DNA of 62,941 nt, filler included, from Asterionella formosa (taxonomy: Eukaryota): NCBI GenBank assembly GCA_002256025.1. It is 22 parts of 22 records of this genome, joined end to end, with 100 filler letters (N's around TTAATTAATTAA, not from the genome) between each part and the next. Parts side by side here need not be neighbours in the genome. Positions count along the whole stretch, not along the records: positions 2,533 to 21,322 come from NKIB01003949.1; positions 21,423 to 22,587 come from NKIB01003950.1; positions 22,688 to 23,852 come from NKIB01003951.1; positions 23,953 to 25,117 come from NKIB01003952.1; 18 more parts are not named here. One strand, written 5' to 3'. Below, piece by piece: positions 13,804 to 25,056 of the stretch. Position numbers and translations under genes: made by a program. The notes beneath the pieces are model-generated. The model saw only the letters and a program-made list of their open reading frames with translations. It did no database searches and had not been told where the DNA came from. Each line of letters opens with the position of its first letter. Position 1 is the first letter of the stretch.

Positions 13804-14535
13804 ATGCCATACAATCTACTCATAATTTATTTCGTTTTCGTTGCAATCATGATGCGAGATATGCTTACTATGAACTATCTGACTCAGGACCTCACTGAGA
13901 AGTTCGAGAAGGTGGCCATCGAAGACATGGTGGTAAAACCCAAGGCAATATCTGGTTGCGCTCCTGTTTCCCAACCCCCCGAGACACCATCGACCAAGGG
14001 GGGAGAGTCCATCGTCACCATCCCTTCTGATGAATCATTTCCTCCAAAAATTATCTACATCTACAACGACCAAGTTGTCGGCCATTCTATCCCGTTTGCC
14101 CAGCTTGGGTATGATCGCAATATTGATTCCGTTGTTCCCATGTTGCGCATGTCTACCAATGGCCATATTACTACACGTTATGGCCGCCCCCGGTGGGTAA
14201 CTTCAAATAACTTTCCACCTTTGCTGGCCGATGGTACAGATGTATCTGAGTCCACTTCCGAGGGCAATGTTAGTTCCTTGACTGGTGGTAATGGACTGAT
14301 TTCGGTTGACTCAACTGAAGAATCTAGTCTTGAGCCCATTATGCTGGGGGACGAATGCAACATGTTTCTCCTCAAAAGAGATGCGAGTCATATTGAGACA
14401 CCAACTTGCTCTGATGCCATATTAAACTTTTTAATGTCTGCCAAAAAGTTTCGCTTTGCACGAAAGAGGATGAAGCGACAAAATAACGATTGTGTTTCAA
14501 CCAAGAAACAATGTGGATATTACAAAATGAATTGA
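13804..14535 (+). CDS. Hypothetical Ser/Thr-rich protein (true start probably a downstream ATG, ~13870)
   Basis: 243-aa open frame with coding-like composition between two real genes; no recognised domain. Confidence 0.45.
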   Translation: MPYNLLIIYFVFVAIMMRDMLTMNYLTQDLTEKFEKVAIEDMVVKPKAISGCAPVSQPPETPSTKGGESIVTIPSDESFPPKIIYIYNDQVVGHSIPFAQLGYDRNIDSVVPMLRMSTNGHITTRYGRPRWVTSNNFPPLLADGTDVSESTSEGNVSSLTGGNGLISVDSTEESSLEPIMLGDECNMFLLKRDASHIETPTCSDAILNFLMSAKKFRFARKRMKRQNNDCVSTKKQCGYYKMN

Positions 14536-14640
14536 ATTAAGCTGTGGACTGGATTGGAAAAGAAAATGATAAGACTAATAAAAATTAAAATAGATCAATG
14601 CTATTCACAGAACGATAATATGTGGAATAAATAGTTTTGC

Positions 14641-17600
14641 CTATTCGTCTTCCTCGGCATGGAAATCTGCTGAAAGAGTATGGTGCCTTCGATGGAAGTG
14701 CTTGGTTGATATCTCTCCTTCAGGATTTTGATTGGTCTCGTTGTCGTTTGACGAGCCTCGTCGCAAAAGCGATTTAAGCCGTGAGTTGCGACCATTAGAT
14801 GTAGTTGGTGCCTCTCCAAATGACATGACCCGGCGAAAAGCAACTTTCCGCAAAGCGGTATCAGTTGCTTCTTGTCCTTCCTCATCCTCATCCCCATCTG
14901 CACAATTGTGAGCAAACTCTGTAGGGGCTTTCGGTTTCCTGAGCATGCCCATTCGGAAAGCGACTCCTTTCTTTTGCTTGCTGGCATCTAGCCCATTGCT
15001 GTCAACAATGACAAGGTAATCTCGCAATTCTTCGCTATCATCATCTCCGAAGTGCGGCATTTTCTGAGTAAGTTGTTCACTGCCACAAATGCGAGCAATA
15101 GTCTGACACCACTGGTAGGCATTATTCTTGAATATGGTTCCTTCCGCTTCATTCTCGCTCAGGACCCGATCAACGTGATGCTCCATGTTCTCCAGATCAC
15201 TATAGTACCGAAGATACAAGGTGTCATGTTTCATTTTAATTTTGAGGCGATCTTCTTTCAAATGGGCCCAACGTGCATTTCGAGACTCTTTCAACAATGC
15301 ATCGCTGTCAACATTACAGTGTGTAGTAGGGGCCTTTGGTTTCCAGAACTCGTCAGCTAGACAGGAACTTCGATTGGCGTCATTTTCTGGGAACTTGCCA
15401 TTATGAGGTAATACTCTTGTAACGTGTACTGATTCGACGGTTGAGAGTTCCTGTCGACCAATTATTCGTCTGCCGAATGCAACATCCCGGAGGCGCAGGC
15501 CTTTCCCTCCTTTCGTCGCGATTATTGCCTCGCGAATACTTTGCATTCGCGCATAAACTGGGCTTGGACTTTCGAAAGAATCAATGTCATCGATCTCGGC
15601 AACATCGAAGTAGATGATCTCGTACTTGGTCATGACAACATCGACCGGTGTCCACGTGTTGAACAGAGGAAGTAGCTTTTTATCGCAACGACGCATACTT
15701 CGCAGTAATCTTGAGTTTGGCGCAATAAACTGCGACAGAAGAATAGTGTCTTCAGTCGTTTCTTCTGTTGTGACTTCAAATTCAGGCAAGCGAAGTAGTG
15801 ACATGCCGGTAGTTGTCATGTGATTTTCAGTCCAACTAGAACCAAAGTCAGAAAAATCGCCCCTGTTCTTGAACCGGCCTCCGAATTTGTTTGTATCCAT
15901 GAGGTTTCTAGACGAGACATTTTGCCCAACCTTTCCAGCCAAAATTATAGCTTGGGCTTCGGGTGCTAGACCAGCATAGCGAGCATCGGTGCTGAGTGCT
16001 CGCCTTCGATTTGCCATCGGGCTAGAACGGATACTTTGTGATCCGCTTGTGACACTTCGATACACTGGAGGCTTTGGCCGGTCCAGCGGCGGTAACGGTT
16101 CTGTTATTTGGGGAAATTTGGAAGACGGTTCTCGTTGGACTTCTTCAGGAGGGCAGTTTGGCCCTGTAGCTAAAACAGATTCCAATATTTCTATGCCAAG
16201 CATAGCTTGGAACAATTCACTACTGAATTCACCATGCTTTTTGACTATTTCAGGATACAATCCAATGGCCACTTGCCAGAGTTCCACGATTGTGCCCTTT
16301 TCGTTGTCGAAGTTCAGTTTATTATGATGCTCGTCATGATGCTTCTTCTTATCGAAGAGGGGATCCAAAACATTTCGATTTGCATCATTAAGTTCAGTCG
16401 AATTATTCCCGGAATCCGCCAGCGCACTCGTAGACCGTCCCGAAATGCTATCCCAGTAAGATAACGTAATTTTTGCAATGTAGAATCGAAAGAGCCGAAG
16501 CGTAATAAGTGAAGTGAAAGGTTCAATATTCCCAAATCCACCATAGGCCCGCGTTCCCCATTCCGGGCAGCATGCAACGGGTGTTTTTGAGTAGTCTTCG
16601 GCAGCCAGGAGTCTTTCGTGGTTATTACAACAGCGTTGGCTTTCAGCCACCATTAGTAAAACGAGACACATCGAACAAATACAAAAATCAATCAATGCTG
16701 ATGCAAAGACAGTAGGATCTTTATCAAAATGAATTTGGCCCGGTCGAAACATAAATATGTTTGCACAAGCAGCCAAAATAAAACAACTTTGAAGGGAAAC
16801 TTCAATCCAGTAGCTCACTCCAAGTGGAAACCCGAAGGTATTTCTATTGTCGGTTGATATTCCAGTAACCAGAAGCATGTCTTCAAGTCGCATTCCGACC
16901 ATGAAGAAACAAGGAAGGGTGCCGAAGACTGCACTAACAATTTTATATTGACGGCTTCGAAAGTAGGACACGACATAATCAAGGAATTTTTGTTTCGGTT
17001 CAGGTTGTGCCTTGGCAAGTCCGCGCTGAACCTCGTCAACATTGGGAATGTCTTCGTCATCGCTCTCCTCATCCTCAGTTATGACCGATTCTCTCCCATG
17101 CATGCTACTATTGTCGCCAACTTTTGCATCGAATAGTATTAACTCGGAGTCAACATCGCCGTGAAGGTAATGCGGCAAGGTCGTCGTCGCTTCAAAAACG
17201 TCAGCAATTTGTGGGGTATTTGTAATCGCCAAACTTTCGTTTGACAGTCCATTTCCTTCAGTAATGCACTGAAGGTCCGGGTGTGAGAACGATTTTTTAG
17301 TAGGGTAAGAGGAGGGGCTTGTACTCTCACACGATGAAAAATCCATGGGTGCATTTCTCATCATAGTAATGTCTGCTTGAGGCGAGACTGTTCTTTGTCG
17401 ATTGCGCTTCGACATCGGAGATTCAGTCGCTAATTTTTCGCCTTTTTCTTTCATGATGTCTTCGTCTTGAGTATAGTCTCTCATCATTTGAATGCTTGCC
17501 GATGCTGATGCTGACCGAAGGCGCTCTCCTTTTCGTCTCAGCTTTCTCGAATCAGCACTCGAGTCAGGAACAGAGGAATCGTCAGTGCATCGACTTGCGG

Positions 17601-19493
17601 TGGAAACGATCGTCCCAGGTGTCTCGTCGCCATGAGAAAACATTTTCATCATTCTCATTGAAGCCACACCATCAGACAATGACCTTCGACTATTGCGTCG
17701 CTCCATGATTTCCTTGTCTCGTTCTTCCAAGGTCGCCTGGGACACCTTTGGCAAATTCTTTCTCAAATCCTTGGTGTCAAGCTGGGTAAGCTCCCACATT
17801 AGATTTGATCTCGAATTAGTCTGGGAATATGGGTACGGCTTAGAATTCGTTAATCCTAGCAATTGCCCCAATCCTTTCCTTCCGGTTTCTGAAGAATCAT
17901 CCGTTATTTCATCAATATGGTCTTTCCAATCTGCCGGGTCGTACATCTCACTATGATCCAATTGTTGCTTCCTCTTGCGTTGGGCTTCTTCCAATCGATG
18001 TCTTGCTAGCGATTCGTGCAATCGCTGATGATTCACGAGTTGACCCAGACTCGAACACATGGTAAATCTCGGAATCACGTGGGCCATGATCGCAACGAAG
18101 CTTGAATATGCAATGAGTAATGCAATCAAAAGTAGATAAGTATCCAGTCCATCAGTATTTATAGTGTCCCAAAATATTAAGATTATTGCCAAAAATACGG
18201 CAAAACCGAATTGCATAAATTGAATGCAAATAGTGATATATTTTGGAGACCCACCCCAGAACAATTGATTTTGTGCCAAGCCATCAGGAACATCAGTGGC
18301 AGATGAGCGACGGTTTGTCGAATTGAATCTTATTGACGTATCGTTTGAAATCAATTTCATGTGCATAATGTATCGAAAGATTCTCTTCATCTTGTTGTAT
18401 AGCAGCAATGAAATCAGAACAAAGATGATATTTACCACAAAGAAAACCCAAGTTAACGCAAGTCCAACAATGTGGTTGTCACCGTCGGTTACAAACACGG
18501 TGACGCCCATGAGAAAGTATACCAAGGCGACCCCACCAGTCAAAAGCAGCCAAGCAAATGTGGAAATATGAACCAATTTAGTTAGGACATGCAATTCACT
18601 TCTCTTGAGATACTGGGACACGTTGAACGTAATGGGTAAGTCATGTGCCTTAATGAAATGAAACTTCAATTCGTGAAATCGTATTTGAATCAATAGAGCA
18701 TTATGCTTTCTGGATCGAATAGGATGTTGAAGTGTTTCGTACATATCCTTCCCAAACCGTTTCAGACCTGACAAACTGAATTCAAATTCTTGCGCTGCTT
18801 CGGCATCGACTCTCAATTTGTTTATAGAGCGACTTGATAATGTGACAGAATCTTTCACTTCCATGGCTTTATAATACTTCCAATACAACTCTCTGTCGAT
18901 TCTTTCAAATTCTTCTCGAATCTCCACATAGTGATGCAAGTCCTGATATTCAGTTTGTTCCCATAATCGATCCGAGTTTCGAATGACAAAGAATGCCAAA
19001 ATGACGGACTGGAATGCATTGATGAGAGCAGTGTAAAAGAGCGTAAAGTGCACTTGGGCAAAGATTAGTTCTTCCGCAATGTTAAGGTCTTTGTAATATT
19101 TGTGAGCGAGGAAAATGAAAAATTCGACAACACCCAGAGTGGCCACTGTGTTGCGTAAAGTGAAGTGTAATATATTTTAAATACAAATATTCAAGGGGAG
19201 AACAATAATAGGGTAAGCATCGTCACATATTTAGATAATGCAGCTGACCTAGATTTACATCATGTTCTCGTTAGGTTGAGCTTACATTCGCGATAGACAC
19301 CTTCCAGGACTGTCTTGAAAAAGGGGCGCCCGACTGCCTTCCTGTCCAAACTATGGCGGATCAATTCGACGCACAAGATCAAACCCAACGTCGTCACGGC
19401 AACAGACAACACGCTGTAATCCAGATCATCACTTTCTTCACCAGCTAGCCATCGTAGCTGTGATGGGGTGCTGTAATCTAGGTAAGGAGCCAT
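14641..19493 (-). CDS. MLO-like multi-TM protein fused to a voltage-sensor-like 4-TM module and a PH-like domain (~1570 aa); exons 19493-19286 and 19145-14641
   Basis: The GTAAG...CAG intron (19285-19146) joins VYRE/LATLGVVEFF. MLO-like motifs occur in the expected order: ELATLG, QVHFTLF, FNVSQYLKRS...LVHISTFAW, LFWGGSPKY...IQFMQF, IPRFTMCSSLG. A second hydrophobic block ends in ITLRLFRF. Confidence 0.85.
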
Positions 19494-20466
19494 GTTCCAT
19501 GTTGCACTCTCTCCTCTTTCTCTCTCAATATATATTTATTAATGAGATGTGAGGAATCTGAAACAAGAATACTGTACGTTACCAGTGCCGGTCTTACCGG
19601 TATCCTTCGATCCTTATTACACGACGGTACCTGGTACATATAAAAGAGTACTCGGAGTCTCTTAGTATAATACAGTACCGGCAGGCCGTCTACCGGTACC
19701 TGTATTCATAGACTACCGGCTTACATAAAGTACCGGCTACCGGCATACCGTTACCTGGTAATAGATATTGGATATAAACTGCCGTACCTATGGTACTGTA
19801 CAACGTTACACTTATTTAGTTTATTTTACGATTGAAACATCGTATAAATGTATCAAGTGATAGACACTTTCCATCCACATGTGATACAATTGATGACGTG
19901 GGTGATTCGTCACCAAAGCAAGGTTTGTTGGCCTCGGCCGTTTGAGCGAGACAAAGTTGGTCAGCCATGGAGAGCGCATGGCAGATGGGAGTTGGCAAAA
20001 CTGGCTGGTGGTATTTTTCCGGTACTGTTGTACATCAACATTTGTGGGAGGATACATGATCATCCTGTGTTTTGATTAATTAGGCCACCAAGTATCTGCC
20101 TGCCAAAAAGCGCAAGAAAAATCTAGAAAACTTGGAATGCAGCATGCCTTGATAGTAATAGGATGAGTGAAAATGAATTGAGCTGATTGAGATTACTTTT
20201 CCTCCCTCCACTAATTTCTTTAATAGAGGAGAACACAGAATCCCCGAACACAGTAGAGGATAAAGCACTAGCTATAAGAGGGGCAGAACACAAATAGTTT
20301 TACAAGTAGTAACAATGCTTGCACTGCCCCAATGACAAGACGTGGTACTACAGGTAGTGCGCTTAAGATGTAAAGTAATTGCATGATAGCAACATAAAAT
20401 CACAATCACACATCGTTATGCAACAGGTTTCTTCGTTGTGATTTATTTTCTGGGCTTGTTAAAACT

Positions 20467-20796
20467 TCAAGTAAATGCCGGTATTACTCGTAAAACAAGC
20501 TCCACTCCGGTCTCGTCCTTGTTCACTCGTTGAATCACATGCCCCCTTCGCCTTGTCAGTGGATCCCTTCGATAAAGTACGGACGAATCGCTGTCGGATA
20601 GAGAAGCTGTACTGGCATCCAACTTGGAATCATTATCATCAAATGAAATTGTACCCGGCGATGAAATGCTCGAATAATCCGTTTCGGAAAACAAAATGAC
20701 ATCAACTGGCTTATCCATATTCATGTCGTAAATGCATTTTCGTATTCTTCCTCTCTGCTGCCTCGCGGACTCGGGAAATGATGTGCATTGACCCAT
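20467..20796 (-). CDS. Small hypothetical protein (~109 aa), possible N-acylation start MGQC
   Basis: Open frame from ATG 20796, Ser/Asp-rich; no recognised domain. Confidence 0.4.
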   Translation of the reverse strand: MGQCTSFPESARQQRGRIRKCIYDMNMDKPVDVILFSETDYSSISSPGTISFDDNDSKLDASTASLSDSDSSVLYRRDPLTRRRGHVIQRVNKDETGVELVLRVIPAFT

Positions 20797-21829
20797 ATTG
20801 CTGCTGTCGATAGCAATAGTCGTTCTCAATTAAAAAAAATTTAATGAACACTTTTTAATGTTGCTTCTTCTGATATTCGGAATTTAAAACGCACATTAGT
20901 TTGATAATTTTACCAGAGTACCGGTACACGCTATTTGTAGGCGTTGCAGTGGCTGGCGCATTTTGGCATGTATATAGATAGCTATGCGTTGGAACTGATT
21001 GGGTTGCAGATGCTGTGTTAAGTGATACGATGCCCAGAATCCCGGCGAGCAAACAAAACGTCCATATCACACATGGTGTTCGCGCCGGTCAAGTCTCATA
21101 ACAAATCAGCATGTCACAAGTAATAATAATATATTTCAAAACGAAACAAATCCTGCTGATGCGTTGATGTCGACGAGAACAGTGACAAGTAGCCCCTGGA
21201 CGGTTAACAGTTGGAGTGGCAGGTGTGTGCTTGCATCGTCTGCTCGAGTCACCACTAAGAGCATGTGTTTAGTCAGCACCACAGCAGAAAACTTTCCTTG
21301 TTATTTGTTAGTTTGGTTAACCNNNNNNNNNNNNNNNNNNNNNNNNNNNNNNNNNNNNNNNNNNNNTTAATTAATTAANNNNNNNNNNNNNNNNNNNNNN
21401 NNNNNNNNNNNNNNNNNNNNNNGCAAAATTAGCCTGCTATAAATTTTATACATGAAAAGTTGATACAGTAGCTGTGTCTATGTTACTACTATTATGTGGG
21501 AATACCAAGTCAAATGGCTCTGCATGTTTGTTCAAACCATCTGGGCAATGAAGTTTTTCTTGGATCTTGGAAGAAAATAAGTTTTGAATTTCTTCATAGA
21601 CAGTTTGAACTATGCATGATATCATGGTATTATATAAGGATTAGCAATATCAACTAGTAACATCCACTGCATAATATATAAACCAGTCCATATATATATA
21701 TATATATATATATGAACCTTTTGAATATTTGACAATGAGCTTTTTCAATTTGATTTTTGCTTTACAGAGCTTAGAAATGCTTTGATGAGAGTGATATTGA
21801 TCCTTTTGTACATTAAGTTGTCAGTCATC

Positions 21830-22007
21830 TGTGCCTTTTTGTTGGAAAAAATTGTGCTTCTTGTATTCTCATGAGAAAGTGAAGTAATGCAGCATGATAC
21901 GGAGGGTATTGCTGTTTCTGTGCTTTTGTGTTGGAAAAAATTGTGCTTCTTGTATTCTCATGAGAAAGTGAAGTAATGCAGCATGATACAGAGGGTATTG
22001 CTGTTTC
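21830..22007 (+). repeat. Tandem duplication, ~89-bp unit x2
   Basis: TGTTGGAAAAAATTGTGCTTCTTG...GGGTATTGCTGTTTC is repeated head-to-tail almost identically. Confidence 0.9.
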
Positions 22008-22405
22008 AACCATTGGATTATTGCTTTTCAACCTTTTTATACATAATAATTTATCTTAGTTTGTTGAAGTGATCCAAGGTGAGTACAGTATACAGTGGAT
22101 GAGTATATTTATGTTTTTCAGTAGTCGATGACATGTACAGTATATTGCTTTATACGGAGATCTCATCTCAGCCATCAAACTCCTCTGCGGCATGATTTAA
22201 AAAACATGTACTGTATATATTTATTTTATTCTAGACCTGTATGATGTATTTTTTAGTTGCTAGGGAGTAGACTAGTTTACCTGGTACTCTGGTACTCTGG
22301 TACTCCTAGTACTCTGGTACTATGCATACATGATGTCAGTGACATCACATATTATTCCATAGAGGTAAATTACCGGGTACGAGCACTCATTCATCATTCA
22401 GCACC

Positions 22406-22587
22406 ATGACGTTCCCGGTAGCGCTGCTCGTTATTTTCCTTTGCGTCCTCCTACAGTCTCCTTCAGTAGTAGCTGCCGCAAAGAAGACGAAGAAGTCATA
22501 CTACGACACCAACAAATACGTCAAATTGTGTCCAGGAAAGCCAGCCATTACATCCAAGCGAGGCCACGCGGCGCTCCAATGGCTCCT
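22406..22587 (+). CDS. Secreted/membrane protein N-terminus (truncated by contig end)
   Basis: GCACCATG start context; hydrophobic signal peptide MTFPVALLVIFLCVLLQSPSVVAA; frame open to the linker. Confidence 0.6.
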
Positions 22588-22687
22588 NNNNNNNNNNNNN
22601 NNNNNNNNNNNNNNNNNNNNNNNNNNNNNNNTTAATTAATTAANNNNNNNNNNNNNNNNNNNNNNNNNNNNNNNNNNNNNNNNNNNN

Positions 22688-23367
22688 TCCTCTGTCCACC
22701 CCCGGAATCAAGTAGGGCTTGGAAATATTTACACGTTGGGTTTGGGAGCCTTGTAGTTTGGGTTATGTACGGCTCAGAAATGACTAGGTTCGGGATTTGG
22801 TACTTCACCCTGCTTATATTCACATTCCCGCTAACTTGGTCAGCGGCCAGTGCCCTTGTGGACCGATTCTGCTTGAAATCTCTACGGCACCAATTTCTGC
22901 AAGAAGGTGTACCACCAAAACACATGACCGTACTGAAATCAGGCGGCCAGGACGGTCGGACGGTATCGATCATTCACTATGAAATTGAATTCGCCACGAA
23001 TGATGGAATGGCTGAGACCGTCACGGTGATGGCTCGTGTCAATACCGTCGACGAACGTAGAATATTGATTCTTCCTTCAGTCATGACATCTATATTTGCA
23101 CCCACTTTACCGAAATCAGATATAAATGAACGCCTTATGGTGCTTGGATCACCTGTTGCCTTTGCTATCTTCATTTACTGTGAAATATCCCGGTTGGAGA
23201 ATGCTTCATCCATCAACACGATTATTTTTGGCTTGATCACTGGCACACTTTGCATCATTGCCTCTGTATGCTTTGCCATGGCTAGTGCTCAAAGGGTGAT
23301 AGACTCTGCTATGGGGAAAACAGGTGCCACCATTGTCCTGGAGAGGAGGAAATGGAGTAGATTTTAA
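22688..23367 (+). CDS. Hypothetical multi-pass membrane protein (possibly 5' partial)
   Basis: ORF of at least 200 aa with several hydrophobic helices flanking a soluble loop. Confidence 0.55.
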
Positions 23368-23952
23368 GAAGTTCTTGTGTTGTTCTGTAATATTTTCATT
23401 TTCATGTCATTTTGGATGTAGGAATATTTCCCTCAATAATATGCCGCCTCGTTGGAATATGTTGTATGCAATTCCACCCCTGCAAGTGAGCTGATATTTC
23501 CTATTTTTGCTGGCTGATGAAATTAGTTTAATTATCATTTCTCTTGGTTTCGTGGTCCTTATGATGAGTACAGATGCTCTCGATGGAACTTGCCAAAACG
23601 CCATTACATCAGTAAATACTGAGTGTGTTATATCACTTCATAAATTCCTAACTAATGAATAGGAGAATAGTAGTTTGGTCGAAATGTATCAAAGGGTGAC
23701 TTAGATGCAATCTATCCAAAAAACATTTTCTCTATTTATGGAAAGTCTATGTATTTTTCTAAAATGTGCATTTTCAAACCCCCCAAAAAGCATCGCCCAC
23801 ATGAAGTCTCTACCTATCTTTCGCATCTGTATTGACAATGACCATTGGATCGNNNNNNNNNNNNNNNNNNNNNNNNNNNNNNNNNNNNNNNNNNNNTTAA
23901 TTAATTAANNNNNNNNNNNNNNNNNNNNNNNNNNNNNNNNNNNNNNNNNNNN

Positions 23953-24018
23953 AACCCTAACCCTAACCCTAACCCTAACCCTAACCCTAACCCTAACCCT
24001 AACCCTAACCCTAACCCT
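23953..24018 (+). repeat. Telomeric repeat (AACCCT)11 = (TTAGGG)n, chromosome end
   Basis: Perfect hexamer array at the very start of a contig, in the C-rich orientation expected for a left chromosome end. Confidence 0.95.
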
Positions 24019-24019
24019 A

Positions 24020-24976
24020 TATGCCACCCTCTACTTTGCAATTCACGAGATACAAACCATCCCAATGTTTCCACAAATATCCTTCTACAGAAGGTATATT
24101 GATGATTGCTTCATAATCTGGGTCCCTACATCAACTTCCAATATCGAGGATAACAAAACACACAACTCGTTTCTCAACTCGATGAATACCTTTGGCATAC
24201 TTAAATGGAATGCAGAACCACGACAGTTATCTACAACTTTCCTGGATCTCACAATCTCTATCAATAAACACACCCGCTCTATTGATACCACACTTTTTGA
24301 AAAATCCTTGAATCCCTATCTCTATATACCACAACATAGTGCACACCCTCCTGGTGTCCTTCGCGGTCTTATTGCTGGAATGATTCACCGGATCTACCAT
24401 CTAACAACAATTGACACACATTTCAAAACTGCAATCCACTCTTTTTACAAACGCCTACAACTCCGAGGTTATTCGGATAAAACCCTTCTACCCATTTTTA
24501 ACACATACATCAAACAGCTATATGTTAACAAATCGAACAAAACCAACACGGCCACTCAGAGAACAGACACACATACAGAACAATGCGTGTTCCTCCACAT
24601 GCCATTTCATCCGAATAATCCCCCCTCATCTCACATTCAACAAATTTTCAGAGACACTATACTCTCCCCGGGTAAAGAACCAATTCTTACCACCCTACGG
24701 AACTTCTCCGGAAAACAATGTACCATCCAACGGTTGATAATCGCTTATAATCGCCCTAAAAACATTGGGAATTATACATCACCACGGAAATTGAGATCGG
24801 ACACCACTTCAGTAAGTACTCACTTACTTACGATACAACTTGATACTACACGGGATACATCAACCTCTACGAGGTCCATGCTACCTTCCCCTCCTACTAT
24901 CAATACTGCCTCCACTCCTGGTGTAATTTCACAGCCAACCACGCCTGCCCAACCCCCCGCACACACCATGACTTAA
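24020..24976 (+). CDS. Penelope-like reverse transcriptase, C-terminal part (palm motif C, thumb), 5' truncated
   Basis: The frame is open upstream of the listed ATG: YATLYFAIHE (end of motif B'), YRRYIDD, FLDLTISI, YLYIPQHSAHPPGVLRGLIAG, FYKRLQLRGY, AYNRPKNIG. Confidence 0.88.
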   Translation, partial: YATLYFAIHEIQTIPMFPQISFYRRYIDDCFIIWVPTSTSNIEDNKTHNSFLNSMNTFGILKWNAEPRQLSTTFLDLTISINKHTRSIDTTLFEKSLNPYLYIPQHSAHPPGVLRGLIAGMIHRIYHLTTIDTHFKTAIHSFYKRLQLRGYSDKTLLPIFNTYIKQLYVNKSNKTNTATQRTDTHTEQCVFLHMPFHPNNPPSSHIQQIFRDTILSPGKEPILTTLRNFSGKQCTIQRLIIAYNRPKNIGNYTSPRKLRSDTTSVSTHLLTIQLDTTRDTSTSTRSMLPSPPTINTASTPGVISQPTTPAQPPAHTMT

Positions 24977-24999
24977 ATAAAACAAGACTACAGATTCAA

Positions 25000-25056
25000 G
25001 CCAACTGATGAAGCCCCTTCAGGCGAAAAGTAACATTAGTCTCATTACTTTTTGGC
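25000..25056 (+). ncRNA. Type I hammerhead ribozyme
   Basis: Stem I GCCAA/TTGGC; core CTGATGA (25005-25011); extra A; stem II GCC/GGC with loop CCTTCA; GAAA (25025-25028); stem III AGTAA/TTACT; UH cleavage site at 25050-25051. Confidence 0.85.
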
